DNA of 35,697 bases from an uncultured Treponema sp. (GTDB lineage: Bacteria; Spirochaetota; Spirochaetia; Treponematales; Treponemataceae). The notes under the pieces are model-generated. The model was not told the origin of the DNA, made no database searches, and saw only the letters and a list, made by a program, of their open reading frames with translations. The stretch lies in the NCBI GenBank assembly GCA_945833725.1, contig CAMAFU010000001.1:1-35697 (forward strand), read 5' to 3'. A program made the position numbers and the translations under genes. This document shows positions 8,233-18,508 of the stretch, in pieces (the first letter of the stretch is position 1; every line of letters begins with the position of its first letter).

Positions 8233-9810
8233 TTATTCAGAAACCTTCCACCCGACCATTCCCATTCCGTCGCTGGAAAATACTACGCCCACTTTGAACA
8301 TTTTCTTTCCGCTCACGGTAAAACGGTCACAGTAGCCGTTGGTGTCAATCTGTTTAAGAGCTTCGTCTGCAACTTCTTCAAAAGGGCGGCCTTTGTCCAT
8401 TTTAAGTTCAAAAATAAATACGCTGTCTTTTGTGGCGACTACTACATCGCTTCTTCCTGCAACTGACTGTAGTTCGGAAACTACGCGCATTCCTGTCATG
8501 CGGAACATCAGGTGGGTAACAGATTCGTAGTAATTTTCACACATGTTCTTTTTTACAACTGTGGGAAGATCTGCTATGGCGGCTTTTATAATAGAAAGAA
8601 CTTTATCAATATTGCAGTTTTTCAGGGCAATTCTTAAATTGTTGATTTCAAGTCCCACATCATCATAAGGAACGCTTACAAATTTCTGAAGCAGCACATC
8701 CAAAAATCCTTCTTCAACTTCGCGGTTTGGAAAATCCAGCGTGTAAAAACGTGTTTCTTTTTCAAATCCTTTGATTGTAAGATAACCACTTTGATAAACA
8801 ACAGCCAGCATATTTTTGCTGTCAGGATCATAATTTTTAAACTGATTTTCTGTTGCAATTCTGCCGTTTATCAGATGCTCAAGTTCCAAAGGCTGATTCT
8901 GCAAAGTTTTTACAAGGAACGATGGTGTACCACTTTCAAACCAATAGGATCCGAACATTTTTTCATAAAAACATTTTAATAGACAGAATGGATTGTAAAC
9001 TCCCTCACTTTCATAAGCAAAATGATAGCCGTCATACATTTTTGCAAGTTGATTTTTTGTTTCTTCAACAGTCATTTCCTGTTTTTCGGCAAGAGCTTGA
9101 ATTTCCGGCGAAAAATATTTTTCAAGTTCACTTTCAGATACGCCGCAAATAGTCGAAAAATTAGGATTTAAGCTGATGTCATTAAGCTGATTCAATCCGC
9201 TGAAAATGTTTACATGGCTGACCTTTGTAATTCCCGTGATAAACAAAAAACGGATATATTTGTCGCTGTCTTTAAGTGGACTGTAAAAATTCTTAAGTTC
9301 CTGACGATTCTGTTCTTCAAAATCAGTGTAAAGGGCATCAAGAACCGGTTTGTCATATTCATCGATAAGGATAACGACTTTTTTGCAGGCTGACTGTTCA
9401 CTTGCAGTTTCAATCAGATTTACAAGACGCACTGCAGGGTTATCAGATTTTTTTTCAATTCCAAACCGGCGTTCATTTTCGCTCAGCATGGCATCAATCA
9501 TCGATAAAAGTTTATCTTTAGTTTCATAAGAACCGCGTCCAAAACTAATTTTCAAAACAGGATACTCAATCCACTCTTTTTCAAGATTTTCCAGAGCAAG
9601 TCCTTTGAACAATTCTTTTTTGCCGAGAAAATAAGCTTCAAAAGTAGAAAGCAAAAGACTTTTTCCAAACCGCCTCGGACGACTTAAAAAATAAGGCTTC
9701 CCTTCCCTAGCAAGTTTGTAAATCAAATCAGTTTTGTCTACATAAATGAAGCCACGCTCGCGTAAATCTTCAAAATCCTGAATGCCAATAGGCAAAAATC
9801 TTTCGGTCAT
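8233..9810 (-). CDS. AAA-ATPase-like protein with C-terminal PD-(D/E)XK nuclease-like domain
   Basis: LPIGIQDF, YVDKT, RPRRFGKSL, LIDEYDKP, YNPF, GYLTIK, GRSDVV...IFELK...ALKQI. Confidence 0.9.
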   Translation of the reverse strand: MTERFLPIGIQDFEDLRERGFIYVDKTDLIYKLAREGKPYFLSRPRRFGKSLLLSTFEAYFLGKKELFKGLALENLEKEWIEYPVLKISFGRGSYETKDKLLSMIDAMLSENERRFGIEKKSDNPAVRLVNLIETASEQSACKKVVILIDEYDKPVLDALYTDFEEQNRQELKNFYSPLKDSDKYIRFLFITGITKVSHVNIFSGLNQLNDISLNPNFSTICGVSESELEKYFSPEIQALAEKQEMTVEETKNQLAKMYDGYHFAYESEGVYNPFCLLKCFYEKMFGSYWFESGTPSFLVKTLQNQPLELEHLINGRIATENQFKNYDPDSKNMLAVVYQSGYLTIKGFEKETRFYTLDFPNREVEEGFLDVLLQKFVSVPYDDVGLEINNLRIALKNCNIDKVLSIIKAAIADLPTVVKKNMCENYYESVTHLMFRMTGMRVVSELQSVAGRSDVVVATKDSVFIFELKMDKGRPFEEVADEALKQIDTNGYCDRFTVSGKKMFKVGVVFSSDGMGMVGWKVSE

Positions 9811-9924
9811 AAAAGTATTGTAACACGATGAACAAGGTTATTCCATTATCACACCAGCAGACCCAGCAGACAGACTTCGAAAAAAAATTCATTCAGCCCG
9901 TTGGATTTTTCCGAACACTGAAAT

Positions 9925-9940
9925 ACACAATATATAGCGT
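9925..9940. promoter_or_regulatory. NrdR-box-like site upstream of pflB
   Basis: ACACAATATATAGCGT versus consensus acaCwAtATaTwGtgt (one mismatch). Confidence 0.5.
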
Positions 9941-9990
9941 ACTTTTTTAAAAACTATTTAAAAAAAACACTAAATAACGGTATTTATACA

Positions 9991-10019
9991 TTGAAAAAAC
10001 ACAATAAATTTACTATATT
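9991..10019 (+). promoter_or_regulatory. Sigma70-type promoter of pflB
   Basis: TTGAAA-17-TATATT. Confidence 0.65.
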
Positions 10020-10152
10020 CTTTGGCGACACTGTATAGATACAGTTTTTCAGTTTGCGTTGCAAACTTATCTATAACAACTATTCGTTTCTCTCTGAAAC
10101 GCACAAAAAGAAAAATTGAAAATTCATTTTCGGTTTTTCATAGGAGTATTTT

Positions 10153-12516
10153 ATGACAGATGCTTGGAATGGTTTCAAAGGCAGAATCTGGAAAGAAGAG
10201 GTCAATGTCCGCGACTTTATCCAGAACAACTACACACCTTACGATGGTGATGAAAAATTCCTTTCAGGTCCAACAGATGCTACAAATAAGCTTTTCGAAA
10301 AACTTCAGGAGCTTCAAAAAGCAGAGCATAATAAAAAGTCTATCGGCAAAGACGGTAAAGAAAGAAACGGTGTTCTTGATATGGACACTTCCGTTGTTAC
10401 AGGTCTTACTTCTCACCCTGCAGGATACATCGATCCTGAACTTAAAGATTTGGAACAGATTGTCGGTCTCCAGACAGATAAGCCTCTCAAAAGAGCTTTT
10501 ATGCCTTACGGTGGAATCCGCATGGCTGAACAGTCTCTCGAACAATACGGCTACACTCCTGATCCTGAACTCCACAGGATTTTTACAGAATATCATAAAA
10601 CTCACTCCGATGCTGTATTTGATGTATACACTCCAGAAATCCGCAAAGTAAGGAATTCCCATATTCTTACAGGTTTGCCTGACACTTACGGAAGAGGACG
10701 CATTGTAGGAGATTACAGGCGTGTTGCTCTTTACGGAATCGATGCTCTTATAAAATTCAAGGAAGCAGACAAACAGAATATTGGCGACGGAACAATGACT
10801 GAAGAAGTTATCCGCCTCAAGGAAGAAGTTGCCGAACAGATAAAAGCCCTTAAAGGCATGAAAGAAATGGCTGCTCTTTATGGTTTTGATATTTCAAAGC
10901 CTGCAACAAATGCAAAAGAAGCCGTACAGTGGCTCTATTTCGGTTATCTTGCCGCTATAAAAACACAGAACGGTGCTGCAATGTCTGTTGGTCGTGTTTC
11001 AACTTTCCTGGACATTTACATTCAGCGCGATTTGGAAGCCGGTCTTATTACAGAAACTCAGGCTCAGGAACTTGTAGACCACTTTGTAATGAAGTGTCGT
11101 ATGGTTCGCTTTGCAAGAATTGAATCTTACAACAACCTGTTCTCCGGGGATCCAATCTGGGCCACACTGGAAGTTGGCGGTTTAGGTCAGGACGGCCGTT
11201 CAATGGTAACAAAAAACGATTACCGTTTCCTCCACACTTTGGAAAACATGGGTCCTTCTCCAGAACCAAACATGACAGTTCTTTACTCAAAAAGGCTTCC
11301 TGAAAATTTCCGCAGATACTGTGCCCACATTTCCATCGAAACATCTTCAATTCAGTACGAAAATGATGATGTAATGCGCCCTATCTGGGGAGACGATTAC
11401 TCAATCTGCTGCTGTGTATCTGCAACTCAGACAGGAAAAGAAATGCAGTTCTTCGGTGCCCGTGCAAATCTTGCAAAAGCCCTTCTTTACGCAATTAACG
11501 GCGGTCGGGACGAGCCGGACGGACTTGCTCCTGGAGTACAGATAGGCCCGGAATTTGCTCCAATTACAGCAGATGTTCTTGATGCTTCAAATTATGATGA
11601 AGTAGTAAGAAAATATACTGCAATTCTTGAATGGCTTGCCGGAATTTATGTAAATTCCCTCAACGCAATTCACTATATGCACGACAAATATTACTACGAA
11701 GCTGCAGAACTTGCCCTTGAAGATACAGACCTTAAACGCACTTTTGCAACAGGTATTGCTGGTTTCTCTCATGTTGTAGACTCCCTTTCTGCCATAAAAT
11801 ATGCAAAAGTAAAGGTTATCCGCGGTGATGTTGAAGTAAAAGACAAAAAAACAGGCAAAGTAATTGAAGTTGTAAAAAACATGGCAAAAGACTTTGTTGT
11901 TGAAGGTGACTTTCCTCGCTACGGTCAGGATGATGACAGGGCCGACGACATTGCCGTATGGCTTCTTAAAACATTTATGGGCATGATAAAAAAACATCCT
12001 ACATACCGCAATGCAGAACCGACAACATCAATTCTTACAATTACATCAAATGTAGTTTACGGAAAAGCTACCGGTGCCCTGCCAGACGGAAGAAAAGCCC
12101 ACGAACCATTCTCTCCTGGAGCATCTCCATCTTACGGTGCAGAAACAAAAGGTCTTATCAAGTCCCTTAACTCTGTAGCAAAACTTCCGTATCACTATGC
12201 TCTCGACGGTATTTCTAATACTCAGACAATTAATCCAAGTGCCTTGGGTCACGAACCGGCAGAAAGAATCGACAATCTGGTAAGCATTTTGGACGGTTAT
12301 TTTGATGTAGGTCCTGATTCAAATCATGCAGGCTCTCATCACCTTAATGTAAATGTTTTTGGAGTTGAAAAACTTAAAGACTGTCAGGCTCATCCTGAAA
12401 AACCAGAATATGCAAACTTTACAGTACGCGTTTCAGGTTATGCAGTCCGGTTTATTAACCTTACAAAAGAGCAGCAGGATGATGTTATTGCAAGAACATG
12501 CCATGCTTCTCTGTAA
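10153..12516 (+). CDS. pflB: Pyruvate formate-lyase (formate acetyltransferase)
   Basis: [23 protein letters not shown], active-site ICCCVS, glycyl-radical motif [16 protein letters not shown]. Confidence 0.98.
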   Translation: MTDAWNGFKGRIWKEEVNVRDFIQNNYTPYDGDEKFLSGPTDATNKLFEKLQELQKAEHNKKSIGKDGKERNGVLDMDTSVVTGLTSHPAGYIDPELKDLEQIVGLQTDKPLKRAFMPYGGIRMAEQSLEQYGYTPDPELHRIFTEYHKTHSDAVFDVYTPEIRKVRNSHILTGLPDTYGRGRIVGDYRRVALYGIDALIKFKEADKQNIGDGTMTEEVIRLKEEVAEQIKALKGMKEMAALYGFDISKPATNAKEAVQWLYFGYLAAIKTQNGAAMSVGRVSTFLDIYIQRDLEAGLITETQAQELVDHFVMKCRMVRFARIESYNNLFSGDPIWATLEVGGLGQDGRSMVTKNDYRFLHTLENMGPSPEPNMTVLYSKRLPENFRRYCAHISIETSSIQYENDDVMRPIWGDDYSICCCVSATQTGKEMQFFGARANLAKALLYAINGGRDEPDGLAPGVQIGPEFAPITADVLDASNYDEVVRKYTAILEWLAGIYVNSLNAIHYMHDKYYYEAAELALEDTDLKRTFATGIAGFSHVVDSLSAIKYAKVKVIRGDVEVKDKKTGKVIEVVKNMAKDFVVEGDFPRYGQDDDRADDIAVWLLKTFMGMIKKHPTYRNAEPTTSILTITSNVVYGKATGALPDGRKAHEPFSPGASPSYGAETKGLIKSLNSVAKLPYHYALDGISNTQTINPSALGHEPAERIDNLVSILDGYFDVGPDSNHAGSHHLNVNVFGVEKLKDCQAHPEKPEYANFTVRVSGYAVRFINLTKEQQDDVIARTCHASL

Positions 12517-12539
12517 CATCAGGCAATAACTAAAAACAG

Positions 12540-12585
12540 AAGGGACTGTTCTGGAATAAGTTTCCAAATGAACAGTCCCTTTTTT
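12540..12585 (+). terminator. Intrinsic terminator of pflB
   Basis: AAGGGACTGTTC...GAACAGTCCCTT followed by a T run. Confidence 0.8.
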
Positions 12586-12610
12586 ATTTGGGGTCTCTTG
12601 CCACCATGTA

Positions 12611-12764
12611 TGCGCAAGTGATTGGAGCACCGCCAGAGGCGTTCAAAAAAACAGCGGATTTTAATCTGCTGTTTTTTTGAATGGAGGCGAAAGCCGCAAG
12701 TGCGGAAAGCACGGTCCTGTAATGAAGGGCACACGAAGTGGGCACTGAATGAAAGGATGCGCCC
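12611..12764. repeat. Family A copy 4
   Basis: Minus strand: GGGCGCA...GTGctttccGCAC...GTGCtccaatCACtTGCGC. Confidence 0.85.
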
Positions 12765-12772
12765 AAAAAATT

Positions 12773-12803
12773 AAAAAAAAAGAGCCGTCTTTTCCGACGG
12801 CCC
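12773..12803 (-). terminator. Intrinsic terminator of metQ
   Basis: Minus strand GGGCCGTC-GGAAAA-GACGGCTC followed by a T run. Confidence 0.8.
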
Positions 12804-12826
12804 AAAGTATTTTGTATTTTTTTATT

Positions 12827-13636
12827 TTAGAAAACTGCTACAACTTCGTTATTCGGATAGCGTTCTTTTATCCAGTTCTTTACTTTTTCGGACTGGAGTG
12901 CTTTTATAAGTGCCTTTACTTCCGGTGCATCCTGATTTCCATCATTTACGGCAACAATATTTACATAAGGAGAATCGGCGCCTTCAATAAAAAGACCGTC
13001 TTTTTCTGCAGAAAGACCTGCTGGAATTGCATAGTTTCCGTTGATTACAGCACCGTCTACATCAGCAAGCACTCTAGGAAGAGATGCAGCCTCTATTTCC
13101 CTGAATTTCAATTTTTTTGAATTTGAAGTTATATCAAGTGGAGTAGCTGTAATTCCTGCTTCAGGTTTTAATGTTATAAGTCCGGCTGACTGAAGCAGAA
13201 GAAGTGCCCTGCCTTCGTTTGTAGGATCATTGGGAATTGCAATTTCTGCACCTTCGCTTAACTGTTCCAGAGATGAAACTTTCTTTGAATAAAGCACTAT
13301 AGGCTCAACATGAATTCCACCGGCATTTACAAGATGATAACCTTTTTCTTTGTTGAAAGAATCCATGTAAGGAAGATGCTGGAAATAGTTTGCGTCAATA
13401 TCACCGGAATCAACGGCATCGTTTGGCGTAACATAGTCGGTAAATTCAATTACAGTAAGGTTTATGCCTGCTGCCTTTAAGTCGTCTTTTACAAGATTAA
13501 GGATTTCTGCATGAGGCTGAGGTGTTGCCCCTACCCTTAACTCTCCTTTTTTAATTGTTGATGCAGATTTTTTAGAACAACCTGCAAAAGAAAAAATTGC
13601 TGCAAAAGCAAGCAAAATAACAGCTGTTTTTTTCAT
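12827..13636 (-). CDS. metQ: MetQ/NlpA methionine ABC-transporter substrate-binding lipoprotein
   Basis: Lipobox FAGC, FTDYVTPN, DANYFQHLPY, IPNDPTNEGRAL. SD GGAGG. Confidence 0.93.
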   Translation of the reverse strand: MKKTAVILLAFAAIFSFAGCSKKSASTIKKGELRVGATPQPHAEILNLVKDDLKAAGINLTVIEFTDYVTPNDAVDSGDIDANYFQHLPYMDSFNKEKGYHLVNAGGIHVEPIVLYSKKVSSLEQLSEGAEIAIPNDPTNEGRALLLLQSAGLITLKPEAGITATPLDITSNSKKLKFREIEAASLPRVLADVDGAVINGNYAIPAGLSAEKDGLFIEGADSPYVNIVAVNDGNQDAPEVKALIKALQSEKVKNWIKERYPNNEVVAVF

Positions 13637-13677
13637 TGAAGCCTCCATATTTATTTATGACAAATTGTAATCAGCTA

Positions 13678-13731
13678 TAAACCTATTAAACTGATATGTA
13701 ATAGAATAAAAACATAACAAAATTATGTCAA
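13678..13731 (-). promoter_or_regulatory. metQ promoter with a downstream Rrf2/CymR-like imperfect palindrome
   Basis: TTGACA-17-TATTCT, then TACATATCAGTTTAATAGGTTTA over the inferred start site. Confidence 0.6.
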
Positions 13732-13750
13732 GTACACATGATATTTTAAA

Positions 13751-13790
13751 CAGGGGCTGACAGTCGCAACTTTTCAGGGCAAAACCGTGC
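13751..13790. repeat. Family C repeat copy 1
   Basis: CAGGGGCTGACAGTCGCAACTTTTCAGGGCAAAACCGTGC, similar to 18509-18550 and to the reverse complement of 24523-24562. Confidence 0.7.
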
Positions 13791-13800
13791 CTCTGTTATT

Positions 13801-16800
13801 CTAATTTTTTTTGCCTATAAGCGTATTTATATCAACAAGGGATGTATTTTCACCGGTAAACTTTCCTAAAAGGCTGTCTGCCAGGGCATTTGCCGTATCC
13901 ATGGAAGTAAGGCAGTCTATATCATGTTCAACGGCCAGCCGGCGCAGTTTTACGCTTTCTGCTTCCGGGTTTCTTCCTTTGGCACTTGTAGAAACTACAT
14001 AGCAGACACTTCCGCTTTCCAAAAGTGTCATTACATTGTCATTATAGTTTTCGTGAACTTTTGCCACAGGCAGGGCTATTATGCCGGACCTTTCCAGCGT
14101 TTCTGCATTTCCAAAAGTTGCATAAAGCGTAAACCCTAATCTGGTAAATTTTTCGGCCAGCGGGAAAAGTTCCGGCAAATCGGTTTTTCTTACGCTAAAA
14201 AGCACGCCCTTTCCTGTTTCTGCTGTCTTTTTTTTCGGATTTATCATTTTTACGCCGGCAGCGACAAGACCTTTGTAAAGGGCTTCTTCCCTTGTTGAAG
14301 CAATGCCTAAAACTTCTCCTGTGGATTTCATTTCCGGCCCTAAATGAGTGTCCACATCCATAAGTTTTTCAAAACTGAATACAGGCACTTTTACGGCAAA
14401 ATAGTCTGGATGAGGGTAAAGTCCAGTTCCATATCCCATGTCCTTTACTTTTTCTCCAAGCATTGCCCTGGTGGCAAGTTCAACCATAGGCACACCGGAA
14501 ACTTTGCTTAAATACGGAACGGTACGACTGGAGCGAGGATTTGCTTCAATAATGTTCAACTGTCCGTTGTAAAAAAGCCACTGAATGTTTACAAGACCTT
14601 TTGTACCAAGAGCTAGAGCCATTGCCCTGGATTTTTCCACAATTTCTTCCGTCTGCTTTTCCGTAAAACTCCAGGCCGGATACACTGCAATAGAATCCCC
14701 GGAGTGAATTCCCGTCCGCTCCACATGTTCCATTATTCCAGGAATAAGCACATCTTCACCATCGCATATACAATCAACTTCCAGTTCCGTTCCTTCCATA
14801 TATTTGTCAATAAGAACAGGATTTTTTATTTTCTGAGAAAGAATAATCTGCATATATTCCTTAATGTCTGCATTGCTTCTGGCAATTATCATATTCTGCC
14901 CGCCCAAAACATAACTTGGACGCATTAAAACAGGATATGTAAGTCGTGCAGCCGCTTCCAAAGCTTCAACTTCCGTAAATACTGTATATCCTTTCGGTCT
15001 GTTTACATTAAGTTTTTCGCACAGTTCTTCAAACCGTTCCCGATCTTCCGCCAAATCAATAGAATCGGCACTTGTTCCCAAAATTGCAATTCCCTGACTA
15101 TCCAGATATTCCGTAAGTTTTATAGCTGTCTGTCCGCCAAAGGCCACAACAACACCAACAGGCTTTTCTACCCGGATTACATTCATTACATCTTCCGGCG
15201 TTAAAGGCTCAAAATAAAGTCTGTCTGCCGTATCAAAATCTGTTGAAACAGTTTCCGGGTTATTGTTTATTATGGCAACTTCATAGCCCAGTTTTTTAAG
15301 AGACCAGACACATTGAACAGAGGCATAGTCAAATTCAATTCCCTGACCGATTCTTATAGGCCCTGACCCAAGAACAATTATAGTTCCCTTACTCTTAGAC
15401 TTTTTGTGAATTTCTGCAAGGAATTTTTCAGCTTCATCTTCCTGACCTGCCGTAACAGAATAAAAATACGGAGATTTAGCATCAAACTCGCCGGCACAAG
15501 TATCAACCATTTTGAAAGACCGGGGCGGATAAAGATATTCAGACTCAGTTTTTATTCCAGAATTCTCTTTTTCAATTTCTTTACAGGCAATATCTTCCAG
15601 CTTCCACAAAAACCACCTGTCAATTTTCGTAATTTCGTGAATCTCGTCCACAGTCATTATTTTCCGCTTTAATGCCTGATAAACTGCAAAAATCCTCTGG
15701 TCGGTACATTTTGAAACGCGCTGCTTCAACGATTCGGAATTTTCTTTTTGGAACAGGGGAAGATTCAAGTCTTTTACACCAAGTTCCGCTCCCCTAACAG
15801 CCTTTAAAATTGCTTCCTGAAAATTCTGACCAATTGCCATAACTTCACCGGTAGCCTTCATCTGCGTTCCCAGTTTTCTTGAAGCATATACAAACTTTTC
15901 AAAAGGGAATTTCGGCATTTTTACGACTACATAATCAAGAACAGGTTCAAAGCAGGCTTTTGTAACACCAGTAACAAAATTTGGAATTTCGTCCAAGTTG
16001 TAGCCTACAGCAATAAGGGCAGCAACCTTTGCAATAGGATAACCTGTAGCCTTGGAAGCCAGTGCCGACGACCGACTTACCCTCGGATTAACTTCAATAA
16101 CGGCATATTCAAAAGTGTCAGGATTAAGGGCAAACTGACAGTTACATCCACCTTCAATTTCCAGAGCCGAAATTATGTTAAGGGCAGCAGAACGAAGCAT
16201 CTGATACTCTTTATCTGCCAAAGTTACAGTAGGTGCAATAACAATAGAATCCCCCGTATGCACACCTACAGGATCGAAATTTTCCATAGAACAGACAGTA
16301 AGCACATTACCAGCTTTGTCCCTCATCACTTCAAATTCCACTTCTTTCCAGCCGGAAATGCATTTTTCCACAAGAATCTGATGAATAGGCGAACGATGCA
16401 GACCGTTGTGGGCAATTTCGTCAAAATCCGCTTCGTTAAAGGCAATTCCGCCCCCGGTACCTCCAAGAGTAAACGCCGGACGAATTATAGCCGGAAAACC
16501 TATTACATTCTTAACAAAATCCAAACCATCATCATAATCCGTAACGACTTTAGAAGGAATGCACGGTTCACCAATAGATTCCATAGTGTCCTTAAACATC
16601 TGCCTGTCTTCTGCCTTGTCGATGGTGTCAGGTTTTGCACCTAAAAGAGTTACGCCATGACTTTCCAAAAAACCGGACTTTGCCAGTTCCATACTTAAAG
16701 TAAGACCAGTCTGCCCGCCTAAAGTCGAAAGAAGGGAATCAGGTTTTTCTTTTTCTATAATTCTTTCGATAGTCCGTACATTCAGCGGCTCAAGATAAAT

Positions 16801-16989
16801 TTCATCAGCCATGGAATGATCAGTCATTAAAGTCGCAGGATTTGAATTTACAAGAACAACTTCCAGTCCCTGTGCCCTTAAAGCCTCACAAGCTTGATTT
16901 CCTGCATAGTCAAATTCCGCCGCCTGACCAATAACAATAGGGCCTGAACCAATAATCATAACTTTGTGTATATTTTTGTTTAACGGCAT
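13801..16989 (-). CDS. carB: Carbamoyl-phosphate synthase large subunit
   Basis: GSGPIVIGQAAEFDYAG, duplicated ATP-grasp half GSGPIRIGQGIEFDY, C-terminal MGS-like domain. Confidence 0.98.
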   Translation of the reverse strand: MPLNKNIHKVMIIGSGPIVIGQAAEFDYAGNQACEALRAQGLEVVLVNSNPATLMTDHSMADEIYLEPLNVRTIERIIEKEKPDSLLSTLGGQTGLTLSMELAKSGFLESHGVTLLGAKPDTIDKAEDRQMFKDTMESIGEPCIPSKVVTDYDDGLDFVKNVIGFPAIIRPAFTLGGTGGGIAFNEADFDEIAHNGLHRSPIHQILVEKCISGWKEVEFEVMRDKAGNVLTVCSMENFDPVGVHTGDSIVIAPTVTLADKEYQMLRSAALNIISALEIEGGCNCQFALNPDTFEYAVIEVNPRVSRSSALASKATGYPIAKVAALIAVGYNLDEIPNFVTGVTKACFEPVLDYVVVKMPKFPFEKFVYASRKLGTQMKATGEVMAIGQNFQEAILKAVRGAELGVKDLNLPLFQKENSESLKQRVSKCTDQRIFAVYQALKRKIMTVDEIHEITKIDRWFLWKLEDIACKEIEKENSGIKTESEYLYPPRSFKMVDTCAGEFDAKSPYFYSVTAGQEDEAEKFLAEIHKKSKSKGTIIVLGSGPIRIGQGIEFDYASVQCVWSLKKLGYEVAIINNNPETVSTDFDTADRLYFEPLTPEDVMNVIRVEKPVGVVVAFGGQTAIKLTEYLDSQGIAILGTSADSIDLAEDRERFEELCEKLNVNRPKGYTVFTEVEALEAAARLTYPVLMRPSYVLGGQNMIIARSNADIKEYMQIILSQKIKNPVLIDKYMEGTELEVDCICDGEDVLIPGIMEHVERTGIHSGDSIAVYPAWSFTEKQTEEIVEKSRAMALALGTKGLVNIQWLFYNGQLNIIEANPRSSRTVPYLSKVSGVPMVELATRAMLGEKVKDMGYGTGLYPHPDYFAVKVPVFSFEKLMDVDTHLGPEMKSTGEVLGIASTREEALYKGLVAAGVKMINPKKKTAETGKGVLFSVRKTDLPELFPLAEKFTRLGFTLYATFGNAETLERSGIIALPVAKVHENYNDNVMTLLESGSVCYVVSTSAKGRNPEAESVKLRRLAVEHDIDCLTSMDTANALADSLLGKFTGENTSLVDINTLIGKKN

Positions 16990-17038
16990 AATCGTTCTCC
17001 CATAAAAAAACCGTAATGTCCATTTTCTTTTTTTTTCC

Positions 17039-17171
17039 GGGCGTTTCCCCCGGTTAAGCCTGTCTCCGGCAGTCTTAACCGGGGGCCGGGTCTTTCGCGG
17101 TTCCGGCTTTCGCCTTCATTCCTCCGCTACGCTACGGAACGGCATGCGCCGCCGCTACACCCCCTAGCGCG
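17039..17171. repeat. Family A copy 5, between carA and carB
   Basis: GGGCGTT...GGGtctttcGCGG...CCGCtacacCCCctAGCGC. Abuts the carA stop codon. Confidence 0.85.
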
Positions 17172-18317
17172 CTACACCTGCATCATATCCATAAACCTGT
17201 CGAAAAGGTAATTCGTATCAAGAGGACCTCCGCAGGCCTCAGGATGAAACTGCACGCTAAAAGCAGGAATATCTTTGTAATCAAGTCCTTCACATGTTTC
17301 ATCATTACAGTTTATGAATCTTAAAACAGCATTTGCAGGAAGGTTGTCGTTATCCACGGCATAACCATGATTCTGGCTTGAAATATAAACTCTGGAAGTT
17401 TTTAAGTCTTTTACAGGATGGTTTCCTCCCCGGTGGCCGTATTTTAACTTAACGGTTTTTCCTCCGTTGGCAAGAGCCAGCATCTGATGCCCAAGGCAAA
17501 TTCCAAAAATAGGAATACCATTGCCGTTTTTCTTATCCCTGTTGTAATCGCAGAGTTTTTTTATTTCGTTAATTATTCCAGTATTTTCTTCCGGGTCGCC
17601 AGGACCGTTGGAAAGCATTACTCCGTCAAATTTTTCGCTGATAATAAAGGAAGCAGGCGCATCAAAGCCCACAACATGAACATCGCATCCCCGCTTTTCA
17701 AGTTCCCTTTGAATATTTGCCTTTGCGCCAAAATCAAAAAGGGCAATTTTTCTGTTTTTGTTTTCCTGCGGATTTCGCTTTTTGTAAAAAGTTTTTTCAG
17801 GAAAAACTCCCTTTTCAAGGGGGCTGTCAATCATAGCATTCTGAACTGAACTTACTGCATTGCGTATTGAAAAAGACTTTATTTCGTCAAGGAGTTTTTC
17901 GTCTACAACAGGGCATACATCATCACTTACAATCATGCCGTTCATTACGCCGGTTTCCCTTAAAATTTTAGTAAGCGCCCGGGTATCAATTCCATACAGC
18001 CCCGTAATATTCTGTTTCTTTAAAAATTCATCAAGAGTTCCGTTACATCGGAAATTGGAAGGTCTGTCGCAAAGTTCCCGAACAATATAACCTTTTATAT
18101 GACTTTTTTTACTTTCAAAATCTTCTGGAATAACACCGTAATTTCCGATTAAGGGAAAAGTCTGGGTTACAATCTGACCGTAATAGCTGGGGTCTGTTAA
18201 AGTTTCAAGATAACCGGTCATACCTGTAGTAAAAACAGTTTCACCGATTACCCTTCCCTGTGCGCCCATGGATTTACCCTCAAACACAGTACCGTCAGCA
18301 AGAATCAGGAACGCCAT
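17172..18317 (-). CDS. carA: Carbamoyl-phosphate synthase small subunit
   Basis: TGMTGYLETLTDPSY, LSNGPGDP, GICLGHQ, QFHPEA. SD GGAGG before ATG 18317. Confidence 0.97.
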   Translation of the reverse strand: MAFLILADGTVFEGKSMGAQGRVIGETVFTTGMTGYLETLTDPSYYGQIVTQTFPLIGNYGVIPEDFESKKSHIKGYIVRELCDRPSNFRCNGTLDEFLKKQNITGLYGIDTRALTKILRETGVMNGMIVSDDVCPVVDEKLLDEIKSFSIRNAVSSVQNAMIDSPLEKGVFPEKTFYKKRNPQENKNRKIALFDFGAKANIQRELEKRGCDVHVVGFDAPASFIISEKFDGVMLSNGPGDPEENTGIINEIKKLCDYNRDKKNGNGIPIFGICLGHQMLALANGGKTVKLKYGHRGGNHPVKDLKTSRVYISSQNHGYAVDNDNLPANAVLRFINCNDETCEGLDYKDIPAFSVQFHPEACGGPLDTNYLFDRFMDMMQV

Positions 18318-18375
18318 AAATCCTCCACGAAATAATGTTAAGTTGAGCCGGAAACAAAGGCAGTTTCCGCCGCTC

Positions 18376-18436
18376 AAAAAAAAAGCGCTCATTTTTGAAA
18401 GAAAAAATACACCTTCAAAAATGAACGCCTTTGTTC
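18376..18436 (-). promoter_or_regulatory. carA leader attenuator: ANTAR-like hairpin overlapping an intrinsic terminator
   Basis: GAAC-AAAGGC-GTTC (18436-18423) overlaps the 5' arm of GCGTTCATTTTTGAA...TTCAAAAATGAGCGC-T9. Confidence 0.7.
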
Positions 18437-18457
18437 ACACATATTCTTTACCCCTTA

Positions 18458-18486
18458 AATCTAGACTTTTAGCAGATTTTAGTCAA
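18458..18486 (-). promoter_or_regulatory. Sigma70-type promoter of carAB
   Basis: TTGACT-17-TAGATT. Confidence 0.65.
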
Positions 18487-18508
18487 TATGAAAGAATTTT
18501 TTTGTAAA

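Noticed and set aside
9853-9872. 9 bp tandem CCAGCAGAC x2
   Set aside because: Too short and isolated to support a function.
8219-9920. Fluoride riboswitch upstream of crcB
   Set aside because: crcB directly follows the AAA-PDDEXK gene, and no GAUGG..(C)UAAUGR pattern is seen there or upstream of that gene.
10020-10152. ZTP (pfl) riboswitch in the pflB leader
   Set aside because: No GACUGRCGGA or GCCUGGGC-type consensus elements are visible, only short AT-rich hairpins.
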